DNA from: Ginglymostoma cirratum
Lineage: Eukaryota
NCBI GenBank assembly: GCA_024137785.1
Contig: JAHRHZ010000145.1
Location: forward strand, 22,565,193 to 22,629,192
Length of the DNA: 64,000 nucleotides
Direction: 5' to 3'
In this document: positions 24,811 to 38,211 of the stretch, piece by piece
Layout: every line of letters begins with the position of its first letter
Position numbering within the stretch: position 1 is the first letter of the stretch
Notes under the pieces: generated by a model
Databases searched by the model: none
Seen by the model: the letters and a program-made list of their open reading frames with translations, nothing else
Told to the model about the DNA's origin: nothing
Translations under genes and position numbers: made by a program

Positions 24811-25573
24811 CTGAATGAGGCAAACATTAAAACATTGCTCAGCGCTTTGGAGGGAAGAGGTCCGATGTGTCGAGCGCTCGTGCTTGAGTCTCTGTGCGAA
24901 GCTTATTGGCGATTTTAATACGAACATTGCAATGCATCTGGATGAGGTCAGAATTTATGTATTCTGCACATTCCTTCAAAGTGAAAGCGCACCCTTTCAC
25001 CTCTCTTCATGCCCGACGTCCTCCCGTTTCAGGTAGCTGTTTGAACCTTTATTTACATGTTTTAAATAAAGCCAAGTCGCTGTCCACCACGTTCAAAAAG
25101 CCAAGACAAGGAACATGAACGATCCGCTCGAAGTGAGTGAATGGAGAAGTGGTCAAATCAAAGTGCTTGCTGGAAACTCAGGGTTAATTGCGTGTTTGGA
25201 GAGTAAGTGGGACGATATTTACTTTCAACATTTTTTACACACACTTTGTTTATTGATTCAGTTTAAGTGAGACGAGCAGACGAAGCGGAGCAATTCCTCG
25301 GGGCAAGAAGAAAGTGAGGGAGTTGGAAAAGATTGGAGCATTCACAGGTGCCCTCGATGTCACTGGGGGTGGGTTGGGGTGCGGGGATCTGAGTGACAAA
25401 CCACAGAGATTTCACCTCAGCCTTAGTCTGAACTGATTGATGTCAAATCTCCAGATTGCTGTAATGTCTAGGATTTATTCATAAAGGCGATGCAATTGCA
25501 TGAAAACAGTGTGAAACTCCTTGAGTCACTGTAAGTAAACAGCAACCGTTATAGCAACCGTTCATCTGTGATT

Positions 25574-25625
25574 CTCCTCTGACGCTGCTGGGCCTACTGT
25601 GTTCATCCAGCTCTACACCTTGTTA
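25574..25625 (+). mobile_element. 52-bp PLE family A micro-insertion
   Basis: ctcctctgacgctgctgggcctactgtgttcatccagctctacaccttgtta flanked by a perfect 12-bp TSD tcatctgtgatt (25562-25573, 25626-25637). Confidence 0.88.
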
Positions 25626-28600
25626 TCATCTGTGATTGGAACAGGTTTCACTGCGGACTGAGGCTGCCCCCGAGTTTTTTTTTTGCAAGGTGTCTGCAAG
25701 CCTGTGCAATAACGATTTCAGATAGACCAGGTTATTTTCCACAATGAATATCAATTCGCAACAATGGATTGTCAACAAGTGCGTGCATGTCAGCAGCGAA
25801 TGATGAGTGCCCTGTTTGATTTAAAACAGACCAAAGTTAAGGGTCGGATGACAAGAGTTGTAGGAGCCCCTTCTCGGCCGCTATAAACTGAAAGCAAAAA
25901 ACAACTTGTCGCAAGAGCCGGCCAGGCCCGCTCACCAAACCCAAGAACTGGCCAGTAGCCAGCGCGGGTTTGCAAGGAACGTTTCAGTCATAATTCCGCC
26001 ATATTTTGCTTTCAAACGACTGATCTTATTTGGCACTTTAAGAAAATGGCTTTTCAGATTGTCCTCATTATCGATATCAGGCTAGAACGCTAATCACATC
26101 TCGACAAAGAAAGATTGGGACAGAATTTCGCAGTACTAAAGGAGACCGTTTGATGCATCAAGATACCTCTGCCAGGACTTACTCCTGTAAGTCTTCCTCT
26201 TCCCAGCAATATGTACCCTCCTGACCTTTAAAGAGTGGGTTCCGTCTCCATTCGTTCTGGTTGAATTATTCCGTGCTATAGGCAATCTGTTTTCTCAGGT
26301 CTCCTCGCCTTTTCCTCTAATGCTTTTGTTAATGATTTTAAATCATTCCCCTTTTATTTCTTTCTAATTTACTCTTCGGCACTGTATTCCTTCGACGAAA
26401 CTTCTCCCCGTGGTAGAGAGAAAGCGCGTGTACAATATTAACAAAAAAAGGTGTAGCTCTTTATGTCTGGTCATGTGAAGAATCCACTGAGAAAGGTTTT
26501 GTTTTACTGAAATTGTGGAACTGAATCTCACTCTAATTGAGCTCGTTCAGACTTCTCTCTGTGAGATTATACCATAAAAAGTAGACACCCCCTCCCTCTT
26601 TTTAACTGGGTTTGAATGAAAGGCGATTTAAAGCGAATTCGTAATAAAAGTCTTGCTTCCCAGCAAAAAAAAAGTTAATGGCCGAAACAGACTCACATCG
26701 GGGCAACGTTTTCCTTTCCCCTGCCAAATAAAAGATCATCGCCAGCAATTAATTAGGGATTAATTAAAAATTAATAATAATTCTCATGAATGCAGCAGTG
26801 CCGTTTGGCGCTCGTTTAGATCTGAATGGAGAAAGTAGACTTTGTCTAAAACAATAAAAATCATTAGGGCTTTGATTCGGAACAAAATGAGAAAAACCGA
26901 TGAGGCTATTTTACTCGGGTCGAAACTGACCTGGGAGAAGAATGCCTCACCCTGTATTGAAAACTCCTTGTGAAACTTGTTCGTTTATCCTTGACGCTGA
27001 TTCCATTGATGTGTTTTGGAACCCGATGTTTAGCTCTCTACCCGAGATAACGCTCTTGCTAAGGTATCGGGTTTACAAAATAAAAGATACTTGAGGGTGT
27101 AAATTTGCAGAGTTGGAAGGTACGGCACTAACTGGTTAACACTTTTAAAATAACAGGGCACAGGCTGCGGCAACCAGAGAGATGAGCCCCTGTTGCCATA
27201 TTGTCTGATTCCAGCTTTGGACTTCATGGCAATACCATGGTTTCTCATTTAATAGCAGAAACAAGCTTAGAACAAAACGTGTTGGCATTGGTATTTCAAT
27301 GGTATTTCAAGACTTCCGTCTCAGTTTGGGTAAGGACAAGGCGAATGCCTAGAGATTACTAAAAGCGAACAGAATGTAATCTTTCAGCCTCGAGCCCAGT
27401 CCTGCCTCTCAGATACTTAACCTGTTACAAGTTGCAGCCGAGTGGGCATCTGTACAGCGATAAAAGATTTCAGGCCTACCACCTGTATCGATGGGGCCCG
27501 GTCGTGTGTTACGCTGGGGCAGGTACATCTCGCCTGGGTCGTGGTAAATACAGCGTGCCACTGTGAGGTTGTTAAAATAAAAACAAGTCGGGATTTAATG
27601 AGCGTTGAAAGCACACGGTCATCTTAACCCCGCAGCACAGTCAAAATTACAAAACCCGACTGAGGGTCAGACTTCACTGACCAAGGGTCAGGGGCCGAGC
27701 TGAACTCGCTTACAAATTGTTGCAAAATGCACTAATGTAAGGTATTTCAATCCCCGCTGACCAAGGCAGGAAGTATATTTTTAAAAAACACACACAAATG
27801 CATCGAATCAGTTATCGATTAACCCTTATCAATTCTTTTAGAAAAAGAAGTAAACAATTCATATCCGAACGGCTGAACAATGAACTTTCGTGTTTTCTTG
27901 GAAACTTAACTGTAAAGAAAATACTTGCTGTTTACTTTGCAAACTTTATTTTGATGCCACGTATGATTTCAAATTGGCCGGTGCAGATCACAAGATAGAA
28001 ACAGTGCAAAACTTGCCTCGGGCGTTCGCTTTAGAATCTAAGCTCCGGACTAGAAATTCTCTTTCGATTCTACCGGCAGCAAGAGGTCAGCCTGACCAAC
28101 AAAGCCAGCAGCCAGGAGCAGTTCATGAGGAACAGGCTGGAATGGTCTGCGCCTCCAAGTGTAGGGCACGAGTTTCCATGTGCTGGGTCCAGGCGCTGGA
28201 GAAACCGATTAAACATCAGTTTCCCCAGCGACTGGACCCCGAAAATTCACGATTAAACATTAGTTTCTGTCAGGACTGATCCAGGCACTGAATCAAACCT
28301 CGATTAATCTTACTTTCATATGCTAACTCGTGAATTTTAATAGCCATTTCCAAATTGTAGGAACATGTCATTGAATAACAGTTGACGGGGTTGTGGGGCA
28401 GAACCAGGTGAAGTTGGAGAATTCAGGACCGCCAACAAAGTAATAAAGATGTGAATAAATGCCAGTCCTTTGTAAGTCGCTGGCCCTAATTCTATCGTCC
28501 ACACGCCCACCTTCACTGTAGATCGGGTATATTTGTTTAATCAAAGTCATTTGGTCTAATTTAGACTGCAGGACAATGGGTTAGGAAAATGTAATGCTGT

Positions 28601-29898
28601 TACTTTTAATGTCCTTTGAATGCATTTGTAAAAAGGGTTGTCTGTGCTGTATACACTTTGTCAGCAGTTTCCTGGGGAATATTCACCCTAACGGGCAGAA
28701 ACAAGTTACAAAGGGGCTTACTTTGGGGGGTGGGATGGGGTTGGCGCTCTATTGCTGTGAAAAATGGAGGATTCCTGTGTTATTGCAATCGGATTGAAAT
28801 GGTTAAAGTCTGTATGAACTCTTCCCAAGGCGCCTTTTCCAGTCGCGTTTTCTCTCTAGTTCCAGCGCGGCTGTTCATTGAGGCATGACTTAATATGAAA
28901 TCATGCTTTTTTTTAAAAGCAAATGCTTTCTGAAACCTCAACCGGTTTAAAATACTGCTTTCCAAAAACAAAAACCCGAAATGTTCTATCGAAACGGTAT
29001 GATCAGTAGAATAACATTCACGCCGGGAGTTTAGCTCTTCTGTTCTGTAACCAGGTTACAGCTTGTATTTTAAAGACTTGAAATATATTTGAGAGCATCC
29101 GCTCTGAAACACCTTTTGAACCGGTTGTTGCCGATGAAGGGTTTCCGAAACAACACAAACTGGATAGCTTCCTCAGTCAGTTGTTTCTTTTTTGTTGAAA
29201 TTTGTATTTTCTCTCAATTTGTAGTATTTATTGATCCTGCTCATTTAATGCGCGGTCACATAGTTGCGTTGTTGGATTCACAAAAGCGAATTTTTACTTT
29301 TTTTTCCAATCGAACATTCTGTTTCTAATACGCCAAGAGTTTTCTCTTGTTTCCACTCCGTTGCTCACGGAGAAGTAACATGTACATTTCAGGGGAATGC
29401 CTGTTATATCGTTCCAGGGCCATTTCTACCGAGTCCCGGGCAATGACATCTTTCTGATTTTGTTTCGTTCACTGTGCCACAAGTGGGAAGGTGAAGGAGC
29501 CGTCAAAGAAGTTTTCGTTTGTGAATCAACAGATTTATAATGGGAGCCTGTCGCTTTTCGTGCTAGTCATTAGACTAATGTCTTGGTGAGCATAGAAAAG
29601 GTTGCATCGATATTTCCCTGTGCAGGCGGTAACGCGGTAATGTTTGAGAGCATTACTGAATCCTAGCTCCTCTCTGGACATAAATAAGCCCATTGAAGTC
29701 TCCCAGTCAGTATTTATAAAAATAAGTAGCAGGTCGGTAATATTTTTATGGCATATCATTAAGGTTAAATTCGGTGTAATTGGTCGTTGATATAAATAAC
29801 CTCAGTCATTTCGTAACGTGTGATTCATGAAAGTTACTAAATACGATAATCGCTCACCGACTAAACCCCGTTAGGCAAAAGTGACCACTTTGCTATTT

Positions 29899-29920
29899 TG
29901 TGTGTGTGTGTGTGTGTGTG
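29899..29920. repeat. (TG)n microsatellite
   Basis: Directly visible. Confidence 0.95.
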
Positions 29921-32900
29921 ACAACACTGCTTTGCAGGATCGTATTAATAGTTTAAACATCTCCTTCCCTCACAGGTTTCGCCACGAGGACGCATCTTCA
30001 CCGAAAACGCTGAACGTTGTTTGAAAGTAACGCTATTTGTCGACGAGATGCTTCATTCTGTCAGAAACATTCCAAAGTGATTCTGTGCACATTCGCTTGT
30101 CAAAAAGATATGGGGAATAAAGATAAATTCCAGGCATATCGATGTCTTCACGGACTTGATTACAAAAAAATTAAAATTCCAAATAGAGACAAAAAGAATC
30201 AATTTGAGGCTCCAACTTTGTACAATGGTCAGGAAATCGTTCGTTTATAAAACGCGCAATTGAACGGGATGGGGTGTCAGTGAATGGATACTGAATGGGG
30301 AAATGGAATTGAATTTCATGGAGTAACATGCTTATTTACGGTATATATACTTGGATAGGTGGGCAGACATAAACAGATATTAAGTAGAAAGATTGATCGA
30401 TATAGAAATACTGACACTGCCAAATGCTAGAAGGACGTATACAGAGCAGAATATCGTCGGTTAAAGAGTAAGATTGTCCCATGTGTCTACGTATAAACGA
30501 GAAAAAGGTGATTCCGATGAGCGCTTTATCCTAAGCATGGTCAAATATTTGTGTTTTGTTTTGACATTCGGCGGATGTGTCGCTTCCTCTCAGAGTGTGC
30601 GGCTTTAGGCCTCAATTATAGTCTGACGGGTTTTGTTGTGGTTTGATGGTGATTTAGAGGGACGCTGGCTAATCTGTGCACACCGCACTACCCCGACTTT
30701 CCAAACTGCATAGAACTCCCTCGGTCTCTGCCATGGATACAGGCCAGCCTTTACCGTCCCGAAGGCATGGCTGTTGGAAACTCGTCGATTGCGAACGAAA
30801 AGGATCCATTCGCATTGTGAATAATTTGTTGTAACAAGAGAATCGACTTGGTGCGAAAAAGATCTGCAAATCATTTGAATGGCTTTAAAGGAGCGTATTA
30901 TTTTAAAAATGCATTATTGTGTATATAACATACAAATGTATTGGGTAAATAGACTACTGCTTTGTCATTCACTGTGTGACTATTGAGTTATACAAAAAAA
31001 TGAAACCTTGAGTCAATGAAAGTCGCATTTTAACTTCGTCGTAAGTGGAAATTCCTTTTTTTTCAAAGTTCCATACAACATTTTAAGGATGTTCTGTGGT
31101 TTTACAGAACATGCCCTAAAGTGTAATAATTTGTACAAGCAATGATTTGGAACTACCTTAACTGGCCTTCTTTAAAGAAAGATCATATTTTACAACCTTA
31201 GCCAGGCATGTTGACAGCTCTCCCACGCCAGGGAAAGCTGCGCGCTACATTTTATACAGGGCTATTTAGACTGAAACACGTTGGTTAGGTTGAGTGGATT
31301 GATTTAAAACAACACAATGGTTTCCTTTCGGTATGATTTGTGCTTTATTTGAAGTGTTTCTGACATCGTTATTAAAGGTGATGTATTTACGGCATGGCCC
31401 ACTGGATGGCGCAGTGAGCAACACTCAGCGATAACGACTGCAACATCTTGGGACTGTCAGCAGAAGGAAGCTCAAACTGGGCAAGGGGCTCAAAGGGACT
31501 CACAGACCTGAATACTGCGCTTCTACACAGATTTCTACCGAATGTGCTGATTTTAGTCGGGCTTTTTAACAGTTTAGTAGTTAATTCTCATTGAGCTTCA
31601 ACGATAGAACGCCCACGAGGCAGAATGATTTCGTAAATTCTTCAAAATAACAATATTGACGCGTACTGGGCAATCCAATATACTATTAAAACCATCTTTC
31701 CACATTACTAGTTCCAGACAGTGTTCTCGAAATGGACTTAGGCAAGCGATTTTGCCTTTGCCCATATCACAGAAACCGATTAAACTAAAAGGTGATAAAG
31801 CTGGCGTTAAAAAAGACACGTTTACACTAATTTAGTGGATATTTTGAAGCAACCAAATTAAAGTTCAAATGTGCGAGGGGTGGGGAAGGTGTGTGGAAGT
31901 GTTGGGGGGGTGGGGAGGGAGTGGAATGCGTTGAATTATGATCCGCATTCTGCAAAGTGTAGGCCAAACAAGCTGTGGTGGAATTGAAGCGTGCGGGGTC
32001 CCGATCGCCCTGATAGTTTGATCGTGTCTTTGCACGTTTTGTGGCTTGTGCCCGAGTTTGTTATGACAGGTCCAGCAGACAGAGCCAAGGCCACCGGCTA
32101 AGATGATGGGCGGGGGTGGGGGTGGGCGCGAAGTGAAGCTTCCCATCCAGTTCTTTAAGATAAGCTGCGCACCGTATCACCAACTTTAAGGAAGACACTG
32201 GCAACAAATCACCAGAGGCCGCGACTAAAAGGTGCTCTCATCCCTCAAAATAACCGTAAACTCAGTTCTGGAGGCACTTAGAGTCACGCCAGAAATTTTA
32301 AGGAAAACGGATTTATTAGCTTCGTGAGCTGAAGGCTTTAGGTATTGAGTTGGTTCGAGAGTGCCTCGGTGCATTCCGAAATTGATATTAAGTCAACTGG
32401 TCACAGCGTGAGCTTAACACATTCTAATGCAAAAGTTAATAAATAATTTTATAGGCCATTTCTGCAGCTTTAAGTTCTGTGCATGACCGCCGATTTAATT
32501 AAGCGTAATATTCGATACAGTATTAACAAAATTCAACGGAACCTGTTGATCTGAGAGCTTTCCAGATGGATTAAATGACCCGCTGAAGTTGACTGTAAAC
32601 GCCAGACTCTCTTTAAGGTACTTATTTCAAACAATCCCAAGAACATGTTGAGAATTGTCATCTCTTTTTGTATTTCTTTTTAATGGTAAAAAAAATCCAG
32701 TAACTAAATTATACACCGAATGTTAAAAGTAACAACAGAGGCTGTAGAAGCGATTCTTAAACACGGAACAAATGTGTGCAACTTTGTCAGATACAGCAGT
32801 GAAGACTCGACAAGTTACTAAAGCGACTAGTATTCACGGTAGATTTAAACATACTGTGTAATATACATTCTCACCGAAATGTAGATATTTATCCACGTGA

Positions 32901-35354
32901 ATTATATATACACTTATGAATAAATACTACGAAGCTGAGTAGATTTAGGCAAGTTCATATATACTATCTAGCGTCTAATATTCTATACCTCCAAGGTAAG
33001 CAATATTTTCACAGCAGACTGACCGCCCGTTTACCTGTCACTTAATGCAAGTTGAGTATTACCCCCCACCCCCTCTTCCCCCGTTCACCACCCTACTTTT
33101 GTGTAGACACTATTCCGGACAGTTAATACACGCGTCAGGCCTTTGCAAATTGAGGACAAACATCACTATAAGAGAGTGCATTTATAGCCAATCTCACGGC
33201 CCGGCTTGTTTGTACTAAAAGTCACTTCTCACTGGATAACGACAGCTCCATTCGGAACAGTAAGTTCCCTACAAACAAACCGAACCAAAAGGCTTCCAGT
33301 GACCTGGGGGTGACGTCCCGGTTTTTCCCCCCGTCCTTTACCAGTTTGATATTAGTGTCGCGGGACGGAGAGAGACAATTTAGCAAGATCTGAACTTCAC
33401 AAAACCACATCCAGATTAATTCTTCAAGCCCTTTTTTTGTTGTTGTAATGCCAACGATAAATGCGAGGTGACACAGATTTAACGTTGAATAAACCTCGCC
33501 TTATTAGGGAGGGGGGTGTGTGAAAACGAAATAGACAACAGATTCTAAACACTGATTGCAACATCAAAACAAAACGAGAGAGATTTCCTGGGCCTACCGC
33601 TCTGCCAAAAGAGCACCTATTTAAAAACGATTTAGGAGTGTCCTACATTTCAGGGGCCTGGGAACAAGTTGGTCTCCACTCTCTCATCCTTCAGTCATTC
33701 CAAGCACCTTTCCATTCCCGAACTCGACCCAACAGGCCTTCAATTTACAAAGAGACAGTAAGAACTGCATAGTATATATGAACCTGCCTAAATCTAACGA
33801 GGTGGAGATGTTAGGATTTGCTGCACAGGCCTTGCCCTTAAGACACTTCACGGGTTTGTGTTTTGCCAGCATGTTTTCTCTGCTAATTAGACTTGCCCTC
33901 AAAAGGCTGCAACATCACTTCTCCTCAGCGAGATCTCATCTCCAGCAACCGCCCGAACCAAACTGGCCAGTGCCTTCGCGGATTGCCCCCGGACAAGGTT
34001 AAACAATTGTTTGTAAACCTTTCCTGATACTCTTTCAAAAATTCTTTAGTGCACGTACGTGCGGAAAATTCCAGCATCTTGAAACTTGCGGCAGTGTGAT
34101 TTACAATAAAACAATTTTGTTTTAGAAGAGATAAATCGCGCGGTATGCACGACAAATAACACGAGGCGGCGGGTGTCTTTCAATCTCTTGGTAGATTTTG
34201 GCCCGTCCCAAGGTCTGATAGTGGACAAACTGTTACTCGGAGGGACCCATTCCAACTCCGAAAAGGGAAAACAAGTGTAGCTTTCCTTACAATTGTCATC
34301 TTTGTCTCTCTCCAATGAAAGGTCTATTTTCAAAACTGATACCTCAAGTCTGTCACAAAATGTTATGCTTCTTTTCTTAAGAAAAACATAAACGTACAGT
34401 CCACTCCGATACAATTCACTCGCCTGGATTCTCAAGTATTATCGACTGTCAAGAGATAAGTGTAGGATAATTTGAAAGGAAGCATTTTAGCGATTTCACA
34501 GACATTCAGTGAACTGGGTCTTCATTTGCGACGGGCCTTAGGCGAGGAATCAAAGTCTCTGCACATTTGTGTCTCTGTGAGTTGGAACAGATTTTAGTCT
34601 AAATTATTGTTCCTGTTTGCAATGGCGGGGGGGGGGGGGGCGCAGGGAACAGACAATTGAGACAGATCTCACTTTCCTAGTGTCTGCCCTTCTGAAAGTG
34701 GCAAACGCAGAGCGAGTTTCACTTCAGCTGCACAACACAGTCCAGTTAAAGCAACGGAAGCTGATGCTGGTTTGGGGTTTGGGGGTGGGGGCGGGGGGAT
34801 AATGTGACCCGAATCTGTCCCGGTTTCGGGGGTTGTGGGGGTGGGGAGAAATGGAGAGAAATCCCACTTTTCTATCACAATCTGGGGACATGTCAGTTTC
34901 AACCACTTTTCTTTTCTGGATCGTCAAACTTCCGCCACTTCACACGCCAAAATACCGTCTGTAATTAATCATCGGCCGTATGAAGACAGCCGTCATAATT
35001 GATGCATTTAAACGGTTAATACATGATACTGTACAGGAGATAAACACTCCGGCTTGCACCACCGGCTTTATATAAAGGAAGAGCGTGCGGGGGGGAGGGG
35101 GGGGGGGGGTGAAGAGAGAATGCAAATCACAGCGAGCTTCATTGGAAACTACTCAATATCCAGTCAATGTGCCGGCAGATGCAATCCGATGGCATTAGGC
35201 GGCAGATCTATAAATAAAACCAATTAGAATGTATGAATATCGACCGAGACCGGATTAAAGGCAAACAGACTTATCATTCCGGAGATAGATATTATCAGGC
35301 TATTGGTGTGTACTTTCTGAGCGCTTTACTCACTGACTTGTTCAGGGGCTGAGG

Positions 35355-35497
35355 CCGGGCCACTTCACACAACTCTCCGGGACTCGCTGATACTCATTTT
35401 TGGAGGATCCTCGCTTGCTTGCAAGTTTTCTCTGTTTCTCTCTCTCTCTCTCCCTCGGTCCTGCGTTTGTTCCAGCTGGATCGTCCTTTTCCGAGAG
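35355..35497 (+). other. Candidate non-coding 5' exon of SATB2 (distal)
   Basis: Pyrimidine/CT-rich segment ending at a good donor GAG|GTAAAT (35497/35498), downstream of a GC- and G-run-rich promoter-like region. The start coordinate is a guess and there is no transcript evidence. Confidence 0.35.
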
Positions 35498-35555
35498 GTA
35501 AATGTTTGTTCTTTCTGCTTCTTTTGTGTGTGTGTGTGTGTGTGTATGTTGGGGG

Positions 35556-35655
35556 NNNNNNNNNNNNNNNNNNNNNNNNNNNNNNNNNNNNNNNNNNNNN
35601 NNNNNNNNNNNNNNNNNNNNNNNNNNNNNNNNNNNNNNNNNNNNNNNNNNNNNNN
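35556..35655. other. Assembly gap (100 N) with a 46-bp sequence duplicated on both sides
   Basis: 35505-35550 is repeated at 35656-35701. Confidence 0.97.
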
Positions 35656-37959
35656 TTTGTTCTTTCTGCTTCTTTTGTGTGTGTGTGTGTGTGTGTATGT
35701 TCCCCCCCCCCCCGCCCCCTCTCTCTTTCTCATCAACACCCCGGTTGGCTCGACTTTTATTTTATTTTCGAGGTGATGAGGGGCGATTGATATGCGAATA
35801 GGGTGGTCAGGACAGGCCAAAGCAAGCAGCGATTTCGAGTTGCTGCTGCGATCTGGTTACGCTTTGCTGCTGTTGTATGGCACAGTGGCGCCACCGTAAG
35901 GGCGGCCCTCTCTCCTTTCCCTCCCTTTAAGGAGGAATGGTGCTTCAGGATCTGGGCAGGGAGGAGAGCCTTATTAATGATCACCTTTTAATTGAGCAAA
36001 AACTGCAACGGGCCGAGGCTCCAGGAGAATGATAACAGCGAGCACTCACCGACACACACACAGAGAAAAAGCTTCAGTCTAGCCCCAGGGGAAGGAAGTA
36101 TTGCCTTGCTTTCTCTTGAGATAGTCACTTTGCAGCTTTACCTAGGCGCAGCTGCAGTGTTACTGTGCGCAAGATGAACCAAAGTTAATAGATAACACAT
36201 TTTGTCGGATTTCTTTCCGTATCCCGAATCATGGCGGTGCGAAAGAATGTGACTGGGTGATTAAGAAGCCCCAATGTTGTAGCTGGAAATCTTCTCACAG
36301 ACAGACACGGAGGCTGAGCCCATCGCGATTATTGATCTTCCTTCGAAATTGGTAGTTAGTCTGAGGTAAACAAAAAAAATCCAGCCTAACCGCCAACCCC
36401 CGCTCCCCCCTCCCAGGTTAGTCTTGAAGATAGAAATGGTTTTAACCCTTTACATCCCGACCGACACTTGTTCAATAAACTATTTGGGAAGGAGTTACTC
36501 AATGTGTCGCAGCCGTGTGGGGTCTTTAATAGTTTTAACGGGGATTTGTTGTGGCTTCTCTGGTACTTTCTGAAATGGGGCATAGTTGGTTTTCTAGGGC
36601 GTATGAACCACCTTAAAACGGTGCCCTGTGGCTGGTACAGCATTAACGCCAGCAAAGTTTGGCTATTTGATTAGAGCGAGTGTCGCGACAGTAGCTCGGC
36701 TCCAGCCCCCGGTCGCACAATGTGTGCCTCAGGTATCCCCCGTGGTAGATCAAGGTTCGGGAATAAGACAGGGATGTTCAGAAATGTCTACCTCTCTCCC
36801 CACTTCCGGAGGATTTTCTGCACTGGCTGTTAAGAGGACAGAGCTAGCTCAGTTTGAGGGCAGTGTGAGAAAGCGAAGAAGGACCGAGAGCTGGAAAGGA
36901 CTCCGCTCCCACTTGTCCTGCAACCGACCTCTTGGAGCGGGTGGGCAAAGGCCAGAGACCCCTGGTGCTCTCCTGGTACATCCTAACCACCCTTTAACCT
37001 CCCGCCCACGTTGACATAACCAGAACCTGTTTCTAGATATTCGAGCTCAAATTGACATGAGACATAGAAAGAGGGGCAGTGGGGAGAGAGGGAGAGAGGA
37101 AGAACTGTTGACTTTATTAAATATTCAACAGAGGCTCCTGGACAAATTTACGTTCGCTCTCATAAATTATTAAATGCCGAAAGCATCTGTCTATCAAGAA
37201 CGCAGTTTATTATTAACTACTTTTACATGACAAGGCACTTGTTTTATTTTTACAGCGCCACTCTGAAAAGATTTTTTTCTTAAAAAGACAGTAAGATGAG
37301 TATGATTGTTCATTAACGCCTCGGATGACACACTCAGTGCGATAAAGGGACTGGGACTTCCAATGTGTGTGTACAATATAATATCTGTTGCAATTTCACA
37401 CTCTGGATTTGCAAGGAGTGTGTCATTCAGCATAATATGTATGTGTTTGTGTGTCTGCGAGACAACACATGTATAGCTGGTTGGTGTATCTGTCTGTATG
37501 TGTGTGTGTATCTGGGTGTTGTGAAGATTTAGCTGGGTTGCGTGCATCTATTCAGAGGGTTCAACCAGGCATCCAGTGATCTGATCATGTGGCCTTATTA
37601 TCTGTAATAAATGCGAACCGTCTTATAGTAATCAAGCTGATTAAAAATTCTTGCGCGCCAAGGAACGGAAAGGGGGAGTGTGTGTGTGTGGGTGCTGAGG
37701 GAGGGTTAGGGGGCTCTTCAGCTGAGCGCTATCCACAGCAACACGGAGCTGCCTCACCCCCCATCCCCCCTTCACTCCGTCCCTCCCTCACCTTCGAAGT
37801 TCGATTACTCTTCCCGTTGAATGCGAGAGAGAGCAAAAAAAAGTCTCTCCCGGACCAGGAACGGAAGCGAGCAGTGATATGAAGAAAGGACAACCCCGAG
37901 GAGTGCTGATGAGTCAACGCAACTAATAATTTCTCTCTCATTCTGTCGCTGTCAGCCCC

Positions 37960-38211
37960 GGCGTTTCGACTGTGGCCAGAATGTGATCGAAGTGACACGC
38001 GCTATCGTCCCCCCTCCTCCTTTATTAGAGCGGCAGCTCCCCTGGAAGTTTTTTCCCCCGAAATCTCTATTGATACGGGATCTACGAAGTGATAGCCTTC
38101 ATCTATTTTCTCTGTTTTTAAAGGCAGTAGATTTTTTTTCTTTTGCTTGAAATTATCGATTTGTGACAAGGGTTGACCGCCTGAAAGAGAAACGCCGGGA
38201 GTTGAGTGTAT
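37960..38211 (+). other. Candidate non-coding 5' exon of SATB2 (proximal)
   Basis: CpG-rich segment ending at donor-like T|GTGAGT (38212-38217), followed by a C-rich intron-like tract ~1 kb upstream of the 39247 acceptor. The acceptor requires at least one upstream exon. Confidence 0.3.

Noticed and set aside
35505-35701. 46-bp direct repeat around the 100-N gap, followed by G5 on one side and a C-run on the other
   Set aside because: Most likely unmerged contig overlap at a microsatellite/homopolymer, i.e. an assembly artefact.
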